Positions 46,182-59,357 are shown, numbered from the stretch's first letter. The stretch: 64,000 nucleotides of DNA from Sminthopsis crassicaudata (GCF_048593235.1 NC_133618.1:29050478-29114477), one strand, 5' to 3'. Translations and numbers: made by a program. Notes: generated by a model from the sequence alone, not told the origin.

Positions 46182-48334
46182 GTGTTCAGGAGCTGGCATA
46201 GGCAATGCCCTCTTCCTGGCATGCAAGATCAAAGATATTTCAGGAGCATAGAATTGGTTCATTCTCAAATGATCATAAAATCATAGAACTTGAACTTGGA
46301 AACACTTCAGAGGCCATTTAGTTCAACCTCCCTAATTTCAGTTCAACCCCTCCAATTTCACATTTAAGGAAACAAGCCCAAGAAGGTTGTGTGAAATACA
46401 GCTTTATTTTTATTTTTTACTAACATTTAACTGAAATTTAGCATTTCCTCTAATTATTTGAAAACATTCTGAGGAGTCCATAGATTTCATCGGACTGTCA
46501 AAGGGATCCATGCTGAATAAGAAAGATTCCTGTTGCTCCATTCCAATAGTCCAGGGAGTCAGGAACAGGAAGAAGAACATATGCCCCCAGGAAGGAGTGA
46601 GGTTCCAACAAAGCCCTGAAAGGGGAGGATCAGATCCAGAAAAAAGGTGCGGGCACGATCCTAATAACAGAAGTAAACAAAGAGACTGAAAATACCAACA
46701 TATATTACCTGTATGTTCAATCCTTTAGCTAAGAAATATGGTGGCAAGGGTGTTGAATGAAAACCACAATCCACAAGTGGCCAGTATTAACGAGACATTT
46801 TTAGTATAGAACAGAATGAACCAGATGCCTAATCTAGCCCAGACTAAGTTTCTGGGAGAAAAGGGCTAAGGAAATCAGGAAGTGCACAGGAGACCAGTAG
46901 CTCCCCACTGCCCAAATTCATGATGGTGCACACACATCACAACTGTGCAACCTCAGAGCAACAGGACACAGCCAACTGCTGGTCTCTCCTCTCTCAGGTC
47001 CATGTCGACTAATTGTTTAAATTTTTAAGAATAGAAGATTTGAGAAACGGAAGAGATACAAAAGGACTCTAGTAATCACCAGGATCAAGCCTACTTGAAT
47101 GTCCCTTGTCAAGTGCTTGGTGTCTACTGGTAATTAGGGATTGCAGGCTGCCTTTTTCTATATACTCTGTAACTTGTCTTTATTCCTCTTTAAAATTTGT
47201 CTCCTAGGATAGAAGCCACTACTATCTTGTACCCACGAAGTACATCCCCGTTTCTCATTCAGGATGTTCTTTCTCTTTTACTTTTACCATGTCATTAGTA
47301 TAGGTTCAAAAACCATTTTTATTATATATTATATTATTATTATTATATTATATGTAATAATATATATAATATAAATAGCACTTATTATATGCCAAGTACT
47401 GAGCTAAGTGCTGCTGGTACAAAAAGGCAAATATCAGCAGAGTCTTGGATGTGCCCAGTCCATGCCCAGATGACAGATTCTCCCTTTATTTAACATCTTC
47501 AGACCAAGGCTGGAAGACTACTTGGTAGGGAACTTCTGTGGGACTTCTTTTTCAAATGCTGGTTATACTAGATGGCCTTCACTGCCCTCCCTTCCTGCTC
47601 TGAGGCTCTGCAATTTGAGAAGCAGATTCCTCTGTTGATCTATTATGGTTGCCCCAGTAAACTCCTTGAGGGAAGATACTGTCTTTCATCTCTTTTGGTA
47701 TCCCCATCACCTAGCAAAGTGCCCAGCTTATAATATGTCGATTGATCAAATTTCTCACCAATCACCATGCTGCCGTGGACAGAGACCATTCCCAGACCTT
47801 AATTCTTTCATGATTGGAACTCCATTGCCTCCATTACTGGTTGCCTCTGCTCCTCCCGTACTCTAGGAAGGAAATGCCTCCATGAATCTAGGGGTTCCTA
47901 CATCCCAGAGGGAAGAGAATGGCATGGGATAGATAGTGGAGGTGCAAGTGTCTTTCTTACTCTAGCTGAGGAATCAGCTTCACACAATAGTTTGAGCTGG
48001 TTCTGTTTGGGGAACCCTTTTCTCAGGCTTAGTAGAGTTAAAGGATATTGTTACTCCATCATCACCTATGGTCTGGGTGGAGAGGATTAGGCAGGGCAGT
48101 GGTTAGAAAATATATAAATAGTGAAATAAATAGTGAAACACCTTCCACTAACCACCTACCTCCCCTGCTTCCCACCATAAACAGATGAAGAGCATCTTGC
48201 TCAAACTCCGTCCCTCAAGACATTTATCCTAGTCTCTAAAAATTCTACATGCTACCATTCCTACTGCTCTGCTGGGATTCCTCAGCACCAGCCCCCTTCC
48301 ATATCCATCACATCCTCTCTATAAGATCTGGGAA

Positions 48335-48710
48335 GAGTCTTTGAACCCTACAAACTCCCAACCATTTCTCTGTCTCATGGTGCCTGCCCCTGCTGCTGTC
48401 CAGGCCTCTCCTATTCCCTGTGAATATGTCCAAACTCCCAGGTTTTTTGTGGGACTCATCTTGTGTCAGGTCTGGCAGCAGCAAGCATGTGAGGAGCAGT
48501 CCTGAGAAGCTGGGGGACATCATAGCAGAGAGCTATTTGATTGATTCTGGGGAGGAGACAAGAGAAATCCTGTTCTCCCTGGGCATGTCCCACCTAAGGA
48601 TCATGGAGAGAAGGGGACAAAGATAGTGCCTTAGACCTCTATTGAACCAGGGTCATACTGTTCTCCTGTACTCTTGGCCCAGACTATGGCTAACCTCTCT
48701 CTTTTTGTTC
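48335..48710 (-). pseudogene. REG-family gene fragment, copy C (exon 2 with flanking introns)
   Basis: Paralogous to 54085-54470 of copy D. Reads MMSPSFSGLLLTCLLLPDLTQ; first ATG mutated, donor GT>AT; no exons 1 or 3-6 recognisable nearby. Confidence 0.85.
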
Positions 48711-48736
48711 AAAAGAGGCTAAGTAGTAGGCAGTAT

Positions 48737-49281
48737 ATTTTTATCTATTTTAATAGCTTTTTATTTTTTTAAATACACGCAAAGATAGTTTTCAACATTC
48801 ATCCTTGAAAAACCTTGCATTCCAAATTTTTCTCCCTCCCATCCCTCCCCTAGACAGCAAGTAATCCAACATATATTAAACATGTGCATTTCTTCTAAAC
48901 ATATTTCCACATTTATCATACTGCACAAGAAAAATCAGAGCAAAAAGGAAAAAAATGAGAAAAAAGCAAGCAAACAACAACAAAAGAAGTAAAAGTGCTA
49001 TGTTGTGATCCACACTCAATCCCCATACTCCTCTCTTTGGGTGCAGATGGCTCTCTCCATCACAAGTCTTTTGGAATTGCCCCAAATCACCTCATTGTTG
49101 AGAAGAGCCAGGTCCATCAATTGGTCATCACATAATCTTGCTGTTGCCGTGTACAACGATCTCCCGGTTCTGCTCATTTCCCTCAGCATCAGTTGATGTA
49201 AGTCTCTCCAGGACTCTCTGTATTCATCCTGCTGCTCATTTCTTACAGAACAATAATATTCCATTACACTCATACACCATA
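48737..49281 (-). mobile_element. Old L1 3' fragment
   Basis: ORF 49016-49333 contains VMEYYCSVRNEQQDEYRESWRDLHQLMLREMSRT; 3'UTR follows. Confidence 0.9.
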
Positions 49282-50609
49282 CCAGAAATGAACAGAGAGG
49301 ATCTCCAAATCCACATGCCAGGACAGGTGGCATCTGGCCAAGTCAATTAAAGAAGCATCTGATGAAGACTCCATGTTTGCTGAAGTGATGTCTATCAGAG
49401 AGATCAATGGGGAACAAATCTGGTGGGAATAGCACAATGGCATCAAATGATTTCTGAGGCTCTGTGCCATTGGAGGCTTGTTACCCCCCCCCAAAATAGA
49501 ATATTTATGTATTCTAATTATATGAATTCCTGTGGATACTGGGCTGCCATTGTCTTTGAGGTCGCCCTCAAAGCATGTACTTTACTTGCTGATGCTGACT
49601 TCACCTCCAACATTTAGAGAAGTCCAGTAGTTCCTAAACATCAGATTTGTTTCTTCCTTCTGTAAATGATCCCTGCATTTCATTGTTCCCAATGATGCTG
49701 TATAAATTTGGAGCAGAATTATCCCTGTTTTTGTGACTAAAAGATTTTATTGCTCCTTTTCTTATCATGTCTTCTCCTGAAATGCCTTTGTTTTAAACTA
49801 ATTAGTTGGGCATCATAAGATAGTTTTAGTAGACGATAACCCATAGAACACCTCAGATTAGGTGTAAACTTCTTTAGGCAATTTGCCCTAGGACTTGAGG
49901 TGTGCTTCCAAGCACTACATTTGGGATAGATTTGTTGGAAAGATGGTAGAAGGCTATGTTAATGGCCCAAGGTATCTGCCACATGGCAATTTTATGCATT
50001 TTCTCTGGCTGTCCTCCATGCCTGAAATTGTCCCCCTGCTCATCTTCATGTCCTAGCATAGGAGATGGAAGAGGGACACGGCCACTACAAGGTCCCAGGG
50101 ATCTTACTTGTGTGTTAATATCAACATTGTCTCCCATTCTGAACAGGACCCTTCCCAGTAAAGTCTCAAAGCACGCACAATACTTCAACACATGAGGATG
50201 GCTGCTCCATTAACTATGTACTTTTTTTGAGAGGGAATAAGGAAGAACCCAAGAATGTTTTATATGTGTCCAAGTACGATGGTCTAGCCAGACACTCTAG
50301 GGCATCGCCCTCCTTACAAGTGGCTTAAACAGAGCATTGCCTGACTCACTGCCATATACAGTTTCATTATTCTGAGTTCTGTGTGATCCATTGGTACTCT
50401 TATTTATTAATTACTAAATTTGAAACCTTTTTCATTAATTACTCAATTTATTTCTGATACCTCTTTCCCAATATTATGTGTCATTTTTGGAGAAACTGTA
50501 CAAATGCCCCTGTCCCAATATGCAGTTCCTCACCTCTTTATACATAATACAGTCCCCCAAACTCCTAATCTTCAAGAAACATGTGTGATCTTTTGTTCAA
50601 AGTTAATAG

Positions 50610-50830
50610 ATATAAAATTCATTGACTTGTCCAACATTTTGAGATCCAATTTGGGGTTTTCTTAGTAAAAATATTAGATAGAGTCTTTCTCCAGGTTATT
50701 TTACAGATGAGGAACTGAGATAAATAGTTATGTGATGTGCCCAGGGTCACACAATTAGGAATTGTCTGAGGCCACATTTGAACTCAGAAAGATGAGTCTT
50801 CTGTTTCCAATTCCAGTGTTCTGTCCACTG
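50610..50830 (-). mobile_element. MAR1/MIR-like SINE
   Basis: TTTGGGGTTTTCTTAGTAAAAATATT...TTTTACAGATGAGGAACTGAG...GCCCAGGGTCACAC. Confidence 0.65.
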
Positions 50831-52176
50831 AACCACTTGGATGCCACATAGGGATTTATAGAGACCTAGATTTAGAGATCTAGGGGCTAGCTCTTTTTTC
50901 TAGGAGCATTATGGGAATTAGTCATCAGAGAGGACTCTGCATCAGAAGAGAGCTTTTGCTACTCTCTTTGTTTCTGTTCCTGGTTTGGATGATGCTCTTT
51001 CTTTGACTATCTAATGAGTGAGGCTTCACGCCTCTGGCTCAGTTGGGACTAACTCAATAAAGGCCCCTCTGAAGTGATCTTTTATCTCTTCTGTATTATT
51101 CTTGTATAGAGAGACTGATGTATGCTCTCTCCCCCCTTTAGAATGTGAGTACCACATTCTTTGAGATCAAGGACCTATTTTTGGCTTTTATTTGTGTCTT
51201 TAGAGTGTCTGGGACATAGAAAAAGCTGAAAAATAATATATGGATTGATTAGTTGAAAAATAAGCAGATGAACTAATTTTCAATAGCATTTCTCACACAT
51301 GGGGAGAAGACTAAGTTCAAGTTTAACAAAAAATGGCAATTCCTACTTGACCTACCAGAAATTCTTAGCTGAATTAAAATAAGGATGAAAAAATGATATT
51401 AGGGAAAGATTCAGGGACCAAATGTGGAATCCATTTCTAACTCTGTAACCTTTGTAATTTCTCTGAGTTTCAGTTTCCTCTTCTCTAAGTCTTTCACAAA
51501 TCTAATATGAGGAAAGAATTTGTAAACCATGAAAAACCACAATATTTAAGAACTGGAAGTCCATCAAAAAATTTCAGAGGATCAGGTCAGAAAGTTTATT
51601 CAAACTTATAAAACCATTACAGGAGTCTGCAAGACATAACATTCACAAACATAACCCAATAGGAAGGAACCTGAAGGAGAATCCTCCCTAAATCAATGAC
51701 TATGAGGAGTCCACAAAGGAGAGAACTGTCTCCTCCCTTCCAACAATACAGGAAAAAGCAAAATTTCATATATCATAATCAAGTTTAATTTTTCAATTTC
51801 AATGTGATCCAAATTTTTTGGGGGGATCCTCCTAATTCTTTAGTAAGAACTCTCACCTTCACAGTATATGTGAGAAATTCAACTTGATCTCTTCTACTTT
51901 TTAAAAACATTGTGACCATTTACATTCAGGTTATGTTTTAACTTTGAAATAAAGATGGTAAATGGCATAAATGGCACTGGGGAAGTTAGCACTGAATTCA
52001 GTGTAAGAGGAAAAGAAGAAATGGAAAAGGAGAAGTGGAGACAGATGGCAGATAATAAGAGGAGAGGGGCTGGTGTGAGGCTGCTCTGGAAGGGCAGAGG
52101 CATTATGGCCATGGCCGTCCTTGGCTGTGCTTGGATCCAAACAGCTGAATTCCAGCCTCTTCTTCTGCTTTCTCCT

Positions 52177-54315
52177 CTAGGCTTTGAACTTGCAGAGGTA
52201 GAGGTTCTCCTTCTGACAAGGTTCGTCTTTCCATCTCTGGAATCCTGTAAAGAGATGGTCTAAGTTAGATGGAGAGACAGGTCAGGAGGGTAGGTCCCTA
52301 GTCTGTTGACTGAAACTTCTTGGTACCAGATATTCTATTCATCAACTTTACCCATGAGGAGCTGAAAACAAAGGATAATGAAGAGGAGGGAATAGAAGTA
52401 AAAAGAGAGAACAGAAAAAATGAAAGAAAGTAAAGAAAGAAAAGGGTTGGTAAAGGGCAAAGAAGAGACAAGAGAGGTGGGGAAAAGGAAAGAATAGACA
52501 AGAAATAGAGAGGAAAATCTAGAAAGGAGGTGCCTCATCCCCCCAGGCTTCCACACAACAAAGGAGAAGAAGATGTTCCTGTGCAGCTGGCAGAGGGGAA
52601 GGGTTGAGCTCACCAGACTCAGGAGTCAGGCTCACACAATAGTTAGGATTGGTCTTTGCTGGGAAGCCCGTCTCCCAGGCATGGTAGAGGTAAAGGGCAT
52701 TGCTGCTCCATCTCCACCTGCGATTCTGGGGGAGATGATTGAGAAGGGGGCAGTTAAAGAAGAGTGAGACACCCCACCACCACCTACCTCTTTTAACCCC
52801 CTAACTAATAGACGAACTGCACATGTGCCTTTATTTAGCCCAGATCTCCCAACATGCATCTTCTGTTTTCTAAATCTTTCTTGCTGCTGTGATCCTGGCT
52901 GCTGCTTCTGGCATTATTCTACCTTCATCCCATTTTCTGAGATCCAGGCAGAGTCTACTATCCTTCCCACCTTCTCTACTATCCCCTGCCCTGAAAGCCT
53001 TGAACCTCTAGGGGAGTTCAAGGTCCTGGGTTGCCTTAGGCTGTTCCCCAGATGAAAAATTTCCTGATTGCGACTCTTTTCTATGAGGATGGTACAGAGA
53101 AGTCCCATCTGGGGGATGCTGAGAAATAAGAACAAAAATCCTGCTCGTTGAATGAAAAAGAATGGATGGTGATACTGAAATGAAATGGGGGCTAAATTGG
53201 GGAGAAAAAAATTCTGCTGGTGGAGGTGTAGAAACCTTCTGGAACTGGACACAGTCCAGAACTCTCCCTCATCCTGCCCCCTGCACTGCTCATTTATTTC
53301 CCTAATTCTAGTGCTTTTCTCAAGGTCTTAGACCTCCAAGACTGGTAGGAATCACTTCCCCATCATCCACACACACTGTTGTTCCCCTTCTCTCCAGTCT
53401 CAGACAGGGACGGCCCCTCGGTCATACCTTGTTGGGGTCGTGCAAACCAATCCAAACTGGGTTCTGACCAACCCCGTTCTCCACAATCATGGTGGCCACA
53501 AAGGCGGCCTCAGCCTCGTTGAGCAGGGAGCCCAGGTGGCCCGAGGGGTAGCCCTGGCACAGCAGCTGTGGAGGGCAGGGAGCAGGTAAATGTGTGGGGA
53601 AGGGAGCGAAGGAGGCAGGAGAAGGTTCCTGGGAGCTTCAGGGGACAGGATGGTCAATGGGGTAAGAGAAGAGGCTAAAGGCCCAGGGGGAGGGGGCCAT
53701 TATAAGATGAGTATGAGATGACAAGGATAACCACTGTGGGAAGCTGAGCTCTAAGGGACACAGAAAATAAGAGAGCCCAGTTCTGGAGTCCCCTGACAGG
53801 GGAAGATCAGGGTGAGAGATGAGGGGCTAAGGACTTGTTGTGACCACACTGCTGACCCCAAGGAATATGGAGACAGGGACACAGACCCAGTACCTTCTCC
53901 CCAACCCACCTCGGCAGTGTTCCAGGTCTCCTTGGGACCCAATACTCCATAGCAGTGGGAGCCATGGAAGCCAAAGCCCTGGGGGCAGGAGCTCCTGGCA
54001 GAGGGGGGTGCAGGGGCCTCTTGCTTGCCTGGGGAGGGAAGAGAGCAGTTACAGGGGAGGTCAGCTGGGGCTTCTGCTCCCTGGACATCAGTCTTTGAAC
54101 TCTACAACCCCCCAACTGCTTCTTCCCTGTCTCACTGTGCACCCTCCTTCCATCCAACCCCTTCCCTTTCCCTCTTACTGTGTCCAAGCCCCTGTTCTAG
54201 GCCCAGGTGGGCAGTCAGAGGGAGGCCTGAGGGACCCACCTTGTGTCAGGCAGAGGAGCAGCAGGCAGGCGAGGAGCAGCCCTGAGACGCTGGGGGACAT
54301 CATGGCAGATAGCAT
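52177..54315 (-). CDS. REG-family secreted C-type lectin, copy D, ~170 aa; coding exons 54315-54240 (alternative ATG 54318), 54028-53910, 53565-53428, 52725-52614, 52244-52177
   Basis: MLSAMMSPSVSGLLLACLLLLCLTQG|KQEAPAPPSARSSCPQGFGFHGSHCY...TWNTAE|LLCQGYPSGHLGSLL...VWIGLHDPNK|NRRWRWSS...NPNYCVSLTPESG|FQRWKDEPCQKENLYLCKFKA*. Exon sizes 76/119/138/112/68; all junctions GT-AG. Confidence 0.93.
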
Positions 54316-54720
54316 CATCTCTGATTCTGGGGAGGAGACAAGAGAAACCCTGATCTCCCACCCAAGAGCCATGGGGAGAAGGGACAAGGATGGTAGCCTA
54401 TTCCTCAACAGACTCATAGTGCTGCTCCTGTTTCCTGGGCCCAGGTTGGGACTGAATTCCCTACTTTTGTCTTCCTCTTCTCTCCTTCCTGGGGTCTCAG
54501 GGAATATGCAGACTCCAGGAGCAGGACAGAATCTGGGAGCCACTGGAGGGGCAGACCAGTGTGCAGGGACCCTTCTTTTAGAATCGTTTCAAAATGACCA
54601 TTTACTGGCCTTTCCCCCAAGGTAATGGCCTCCTGGAGCAGTTGCCTCCTCTCCCCATGGGAAGGGAACAGCCTCAGGGGCCTGCAGGAACCCAGTCTCC
54701 CAGGCTTCTCCCTCACTTAC

Positions 54721-55139
54721 CTAGCTGAAGAAATCGTGTGTCTGAGCAGAAGAGGACGGGACCTTTATAGAGAGAGGGCCCATTATGGAGGCAGGGCCAG
54801 AGCACAGGGGCTGGTGAGGGGCAGGGGCTTCCTGGAAAAGGGTGAGGTCTTCCTCAGTTTTGGGTCAGGAGCAGAGAAGAGCCTTGGGTTCTTCCCATAA
54901 TGTGAGGTAGAAGCCCATGACTGGCTCCTGCCCCAAAGCTCGCCAGGTGCCACGTTCCCAAAACTTGGAGACTGGAGGAAGAGAGAACACACAGAGGAAT
55001 GAGTGAGGTTCCAGCAGGGCTTGGATGGAGAAAACTGAAATCTGAGAAAGGGTTAGCGTCAGAGACCTTGGCCTTGGAGAAGGAGAATTCCAGTCAGTGG
55101 ACTGAACCCTCTGTCTTCCTATTAATTACTGGAATTTCC
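54721..55139 (-). promoter_or_regulatory. REG copy D exon 1, TATA box, STAT (GAS) and kB-like sites
   Basis: Donor TAG|GTAAGT at 54721; TATAAAG at about 54763-54769; TTCCTGGAA 54829-54837; TTACTGGAA overlapping GGAATTTCC 55126-55139. Confidence 0.7.
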
Positions 55140-56169
55140 TGGACAAAGAACGAAGATTTTTTTTCAGGCTCTTGGAAATGGCTCAGTATCACCAGCACGT
55201 TTTCGGTGTTGATTTGGGGTTACACTGGCATTTTCAACAAAGAATAAAGTTCCATCATGCTTTTTTGAGCACATTTTTGTTCTCAAAGGTGAGAAATAAG
55301 AGAATATGGACAGGACCAAGCAGCAGATCTTCCAAGATCATCAGAAAACTGAAAAAAAATAGCCCTAAATCTCCTGAATTCTGGTGAAAATCATCAATAT
55401 CTGTAATCCACATGTATATTCCTTTTAGAACGTGTCTCCCTTTTAGAATATTCTTTACTAGAAGTTTTTAATGCTTCCCATCAGTGGGACTTTAGCAATT
55501 GAAAATCAATTTCCTTCTCATTAACAGCTGTGGAGCCTATTGACCAGCCCTTGGGGTGCCCAGTGCACGATTAAAGTAGGTGATATTAGGACCTGACCTG
55601 CTTTAAAGGCCAATATCTCTCTCAATATAATTTCCAGCGCCGCCCACTAGACCCTGGAGAGGATGGGAGAAATTCTGAGGGCACTGACCCCATCCCTTCC
55701 TTTATTCTGGGCACCAGGATTCCCAATCCAAGATCCTTAGATTTAGCCTGAAATATTGTGATGACCTCCTTGGGGTCTGCCTGCCTCTAGTCTCTCCCCA
55801 TTGCAATCTAAATCCAAAGTTCAGATCTTCCCACGACACGTCCTTCCCTAATAATCTCCAGTGCTTCCCCATCACCTCCAAGATCCAATACAAAGTCTTC
55901 TGTTAAGTGTTTCAAACCTTCTATAACCTGCCCTTCTCCCATCTTTCTCATCTTTCTCCCAACATACACATTCTCGGGCTTAGTTCTATCCTATAACAAG
56001 ATATTTCATTTCCAGATTTAAGACATTTTCTCTGCCTGTCTCCCATATCTGCAGTGTTCTTCCTCCTCATCTCTGCCTATTGGCTTCCTTGAATATCCCA
56101 TCTTCTGTAGGAAGCCTTGGCTAAACCCTCTTAATCTTAGTGTTTTGTGTTTCTTAATAGTTTTCTTTT

Positions 56170-58090
56170 TTGTTATTAAATTTATTTAGTATTTTATTTT
56201 TCCTCAATAACATGTAAGAACAATTTTAACATTGAATTTGTAAAACGTTGAGTTCCAAATTCTCTCCCTTCTTCTTTCTCCATCTTACCTCCTTGAGAAG
56301 ACAAAATAATATGTTCTAAATATGTAATCTTGCAAAACATTATAATATAATATTTTAAAATAATATAATTCTTTATATATAATAATATAAAATAGTCATG
56401 TTGTAAAAAAATGAACAAAAAATCCTGAATAAAAGTCAAGTTAAAAATACTATCTTTCATCTGTATTCAGACATCATCAATTCTTATCTGGGAATGGATA
56501 CCATTTTTTTTCCCCCTGAGGCTGGGGTTAAGTGACTTGCCCAGGGTCACACAGCTAGGAAGTGTTAAGTGTCTGAGATCAGATTTGAACTCTGGTCCTC
56601 CTGAATTCAAGGCTGGTGCTCTATCCACTGCACCACCTAGCTGCCCCCTGGATACCATTTTTATCTTAAGTCTGTCACGAGTTGTCATGGACCGTTGTAC
56701 GGCTGAGAATAACCAAGTTATTCACAGATATTCTTACAATATCACTGTTACTATGTACATGGTACATTTCACTTTGCATCAGCTCATGGAAAGCTTTCCA
56801 GGTTTTTCTGAGAGCATCTTAGAACTCATCATTTCCTTTCTTTTCTTTCTTTCTTTTTTTTTGAGCTCATCCTTTCTTATGGCACAATAGTATTCCATCA
56901 TAATCATATGACACAGTTTGTTTAACCATTTCCCAATTGATGGACATCCCCTTCATTTCCAATTCTTTGCTATCACAAAAATTGATATTTTGTATGTATA
57001 TGTCAATTTCCTTTTTTAAAAATTCTTTTATGATACATCCCTAGAAGTGGTATAGCCTTTTGGATATAAGTTTTTTTGAGCTTTTCCATGGACCGAGACC
57101 AATTCATATTTTTTTCTTGGAGGCTTTTAATGCAAGAGTTTCAACTTCTTTTTCTTTTTCTGAGTGTGTCTTTTGAGCTTCCTTGTCACCATAGTAACTT
57201 AGTACATTATTAGGGTCAGACTTTTTTTTGTGTGTTGTCCATTTTTTCCAGTCTACTTCTTGACTTTTAAGGCTCTACTTCCAGGATGGAGGAGCTCCAT
57301 CTTGACCTTCAGGGGTTTTTGTGTAGGTGTTTCCAGAAATATTTCTAATGAGCTGTAAATGTTTAGCTCTTCCAAAGTGACCCAGATCTGTGTGTGGGCA
57401 AAGCAACAGAGTCCTGCACAAAGAAGGAGACCCCTTACAATCTGTGGGCTGAGGGCTCTAAAAGGAAAAGCTGCTGCTAATAATTTAGAATCTTCCAAGC
57501 CTTGCTCCTAGTTTGCTGGAATTTGGTCTATACTGGTATAGCCTGCACTGGACTATGCTCCACTCCCACCTTGGTGCCACTGTGCCCTTTTCTGCCAACA
57601 TTATACGTTGTCTTGGGTTGGAAAAGTTCTGGTATTCTAGAATTTATTCAGTCATTGCATAAAGACATTTGCAGAGATTTAAGGGAGAGCTCAGGGGAGA
57701 CCCTACCTCTATTCCACCATCTTGGTCTAAGAGTTTTTCTCTTAATTACTTTGTTTTCATCTTCTTTGTATAGAACTTGATTTTTTATTTATTTATTTTT
57801 ATTATTATAGCTTTTTAATTTACAAGATATATGCATGGATAATTTTTCAACATTGACCCTGTAAAGCCTTCTATTCCAACTTTCCCCCCTTCCTTCCCTC
57901 CACTCCCTCCCCCAGATGGCAGGTAGTCCAATACATGTTAAATATGTTAAATACATGTTAAATCCAATATATGTATACATATTTATTCAGTTGTCTTGCT
58001 GCACAAGAAAAATTAGATTTAGAAAGAAGATGAAAATAATCTGGGAAGAAAAACAAAAATGCAAGCAGACTAACAGAAAGAGTGGAAATG
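56170..58090 (-). mobile_element. Cluster of old L1 fragments (mostly 3'UTR)
   Basis: Repeated 3'UTR consensus at about 56170-57050 and 57780-58090. Confidence 0.7.
56509..56648 (-). mobile_element. WSINE1-like SINE with 14-bp TSD TGGATACCATTTTT
   Basis: Full SINE on the minus strand; TSD at 56495-56508 and 56649-56662. Confidence 0.92.
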
Positions 58091-59279
58091 TAGATTTTTA
58101 CATGTTGTTTGTGAAAACAGTTTTATAGAGGGACCGATGGACTGACTGACCACTCTGTAGCTCCCGGATAAGTCCTAGATGGAGAAGAGGAAGCAGGTCC
58201 CCACTTCTCCCCCTGTGCTGGTGCCCCTGAAACCAGAGCTCAGCGCTTGGCAGGATTTCTGAGGCTTGTTATAGTCCCTTCTTTCTAGAAAGCTGGTCCT
58301 GATCCTTGCAAAGGGTTCCCAAATTCTCTCCTTTCCCCTTCATTCCCCACTCTTCATTCCCTTCTCCCTGAAAATGAAAGAAAGGTCAGCTTCTCAGAGA
58401 CTTGTTGTAAGCTCCACTTAAAAACAAAGAAATGGACTAAAGAAAGGGTTTAGGCAAAGGGCCAGAGACTCTCAGAATCCTCCCCTGCTCGTTTGAATTC
58501 ATTTGGCCTTTGCCAGCTCTTTCATTTCATGGGAAACTGAGAAAGGTTTTGTGGCATGGGGCAGGACTGAGGGAAGCTTCAGTAACTATGGCACCCAGGC
58601 CTTCAGAGATGTGGGAAGCCAGCCCCCATTATGGGGTCACTTTGTTCCCTTAAGCACTTCTTTATACTAAGCTGTTGATGCAAAAGAAAACAGTTTCCAT
58701 CAGGAAAAGAAGAGATTTCTATTGATTGCCAATTTTGTGAAAATTATGGACATTCTGATGTCTATTGGGCAGAGATCAGCTTGCTTTTAAAAGGCAGATA
58801 TAAATAATTTGTTTTAATATAAGAGAATATAACAAAGGGGTGTTGGGCTGAAGAGTTGGAAGAAGACTCTGGGGGTTCAGAGGGAATGGGAGACAGGGAG
58901 AAGGTGTAGAAAGACTCTATTCAGATCTGGGAGACTCTGCTCCTGGCTCTTAAGTGGCTAATTCCTTCTTTTGACTTGTCATTTCTATGATTGATAGTTT
59001 AAGGCAGAGAAAAATTTTCATAGTGCAATTTATTCTTTTCTGTGTGAAAGGCTGAGGAGGCATATGATGGGCTAGAATGTGCCAAATATCACCACTCTAG
59101 TGAGCTCTACACTCTATAAACTAGGAGGAATGGCAGGGGACAAAAGAGAAGGGGAAGAAAAGTCCCATGCTCTAAGTGAGTAGTGCCCATTTTCAACCAG
59201 GGGCTTAGCAAATACAGGAGTGGAAGGAATGGCACGGAATGCGGAATTCTGAAGGTTGGTACTTTCTATGTTTCTGTCT

Positions 59280-59357
59280 TTCTGTCTCTGTATCTCTCTG
59301 TGTCTCTGAGTCTGTCTCTGTCTTTGTCTCTGTCTCTGTCTCTGTCTCTCCTCTCTC
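59280..59357. repeat. (TCTCTG)n microsatellite
   Basis: Directly visible. Confidence 0.9.

Noticed and set aside
47766-47862. AG/GT-bounded 97-nt segment where exon 5 of fragment C might be
   Set aside because: Translation lacks the WxWSS and Cys pattern; likely chance splice motifs.
53840-54625. 261-aa plus-strand ORF
   Set aside because: Antisense shadow of REG copy D exons 2-3 and GC-rich introns; no domain.
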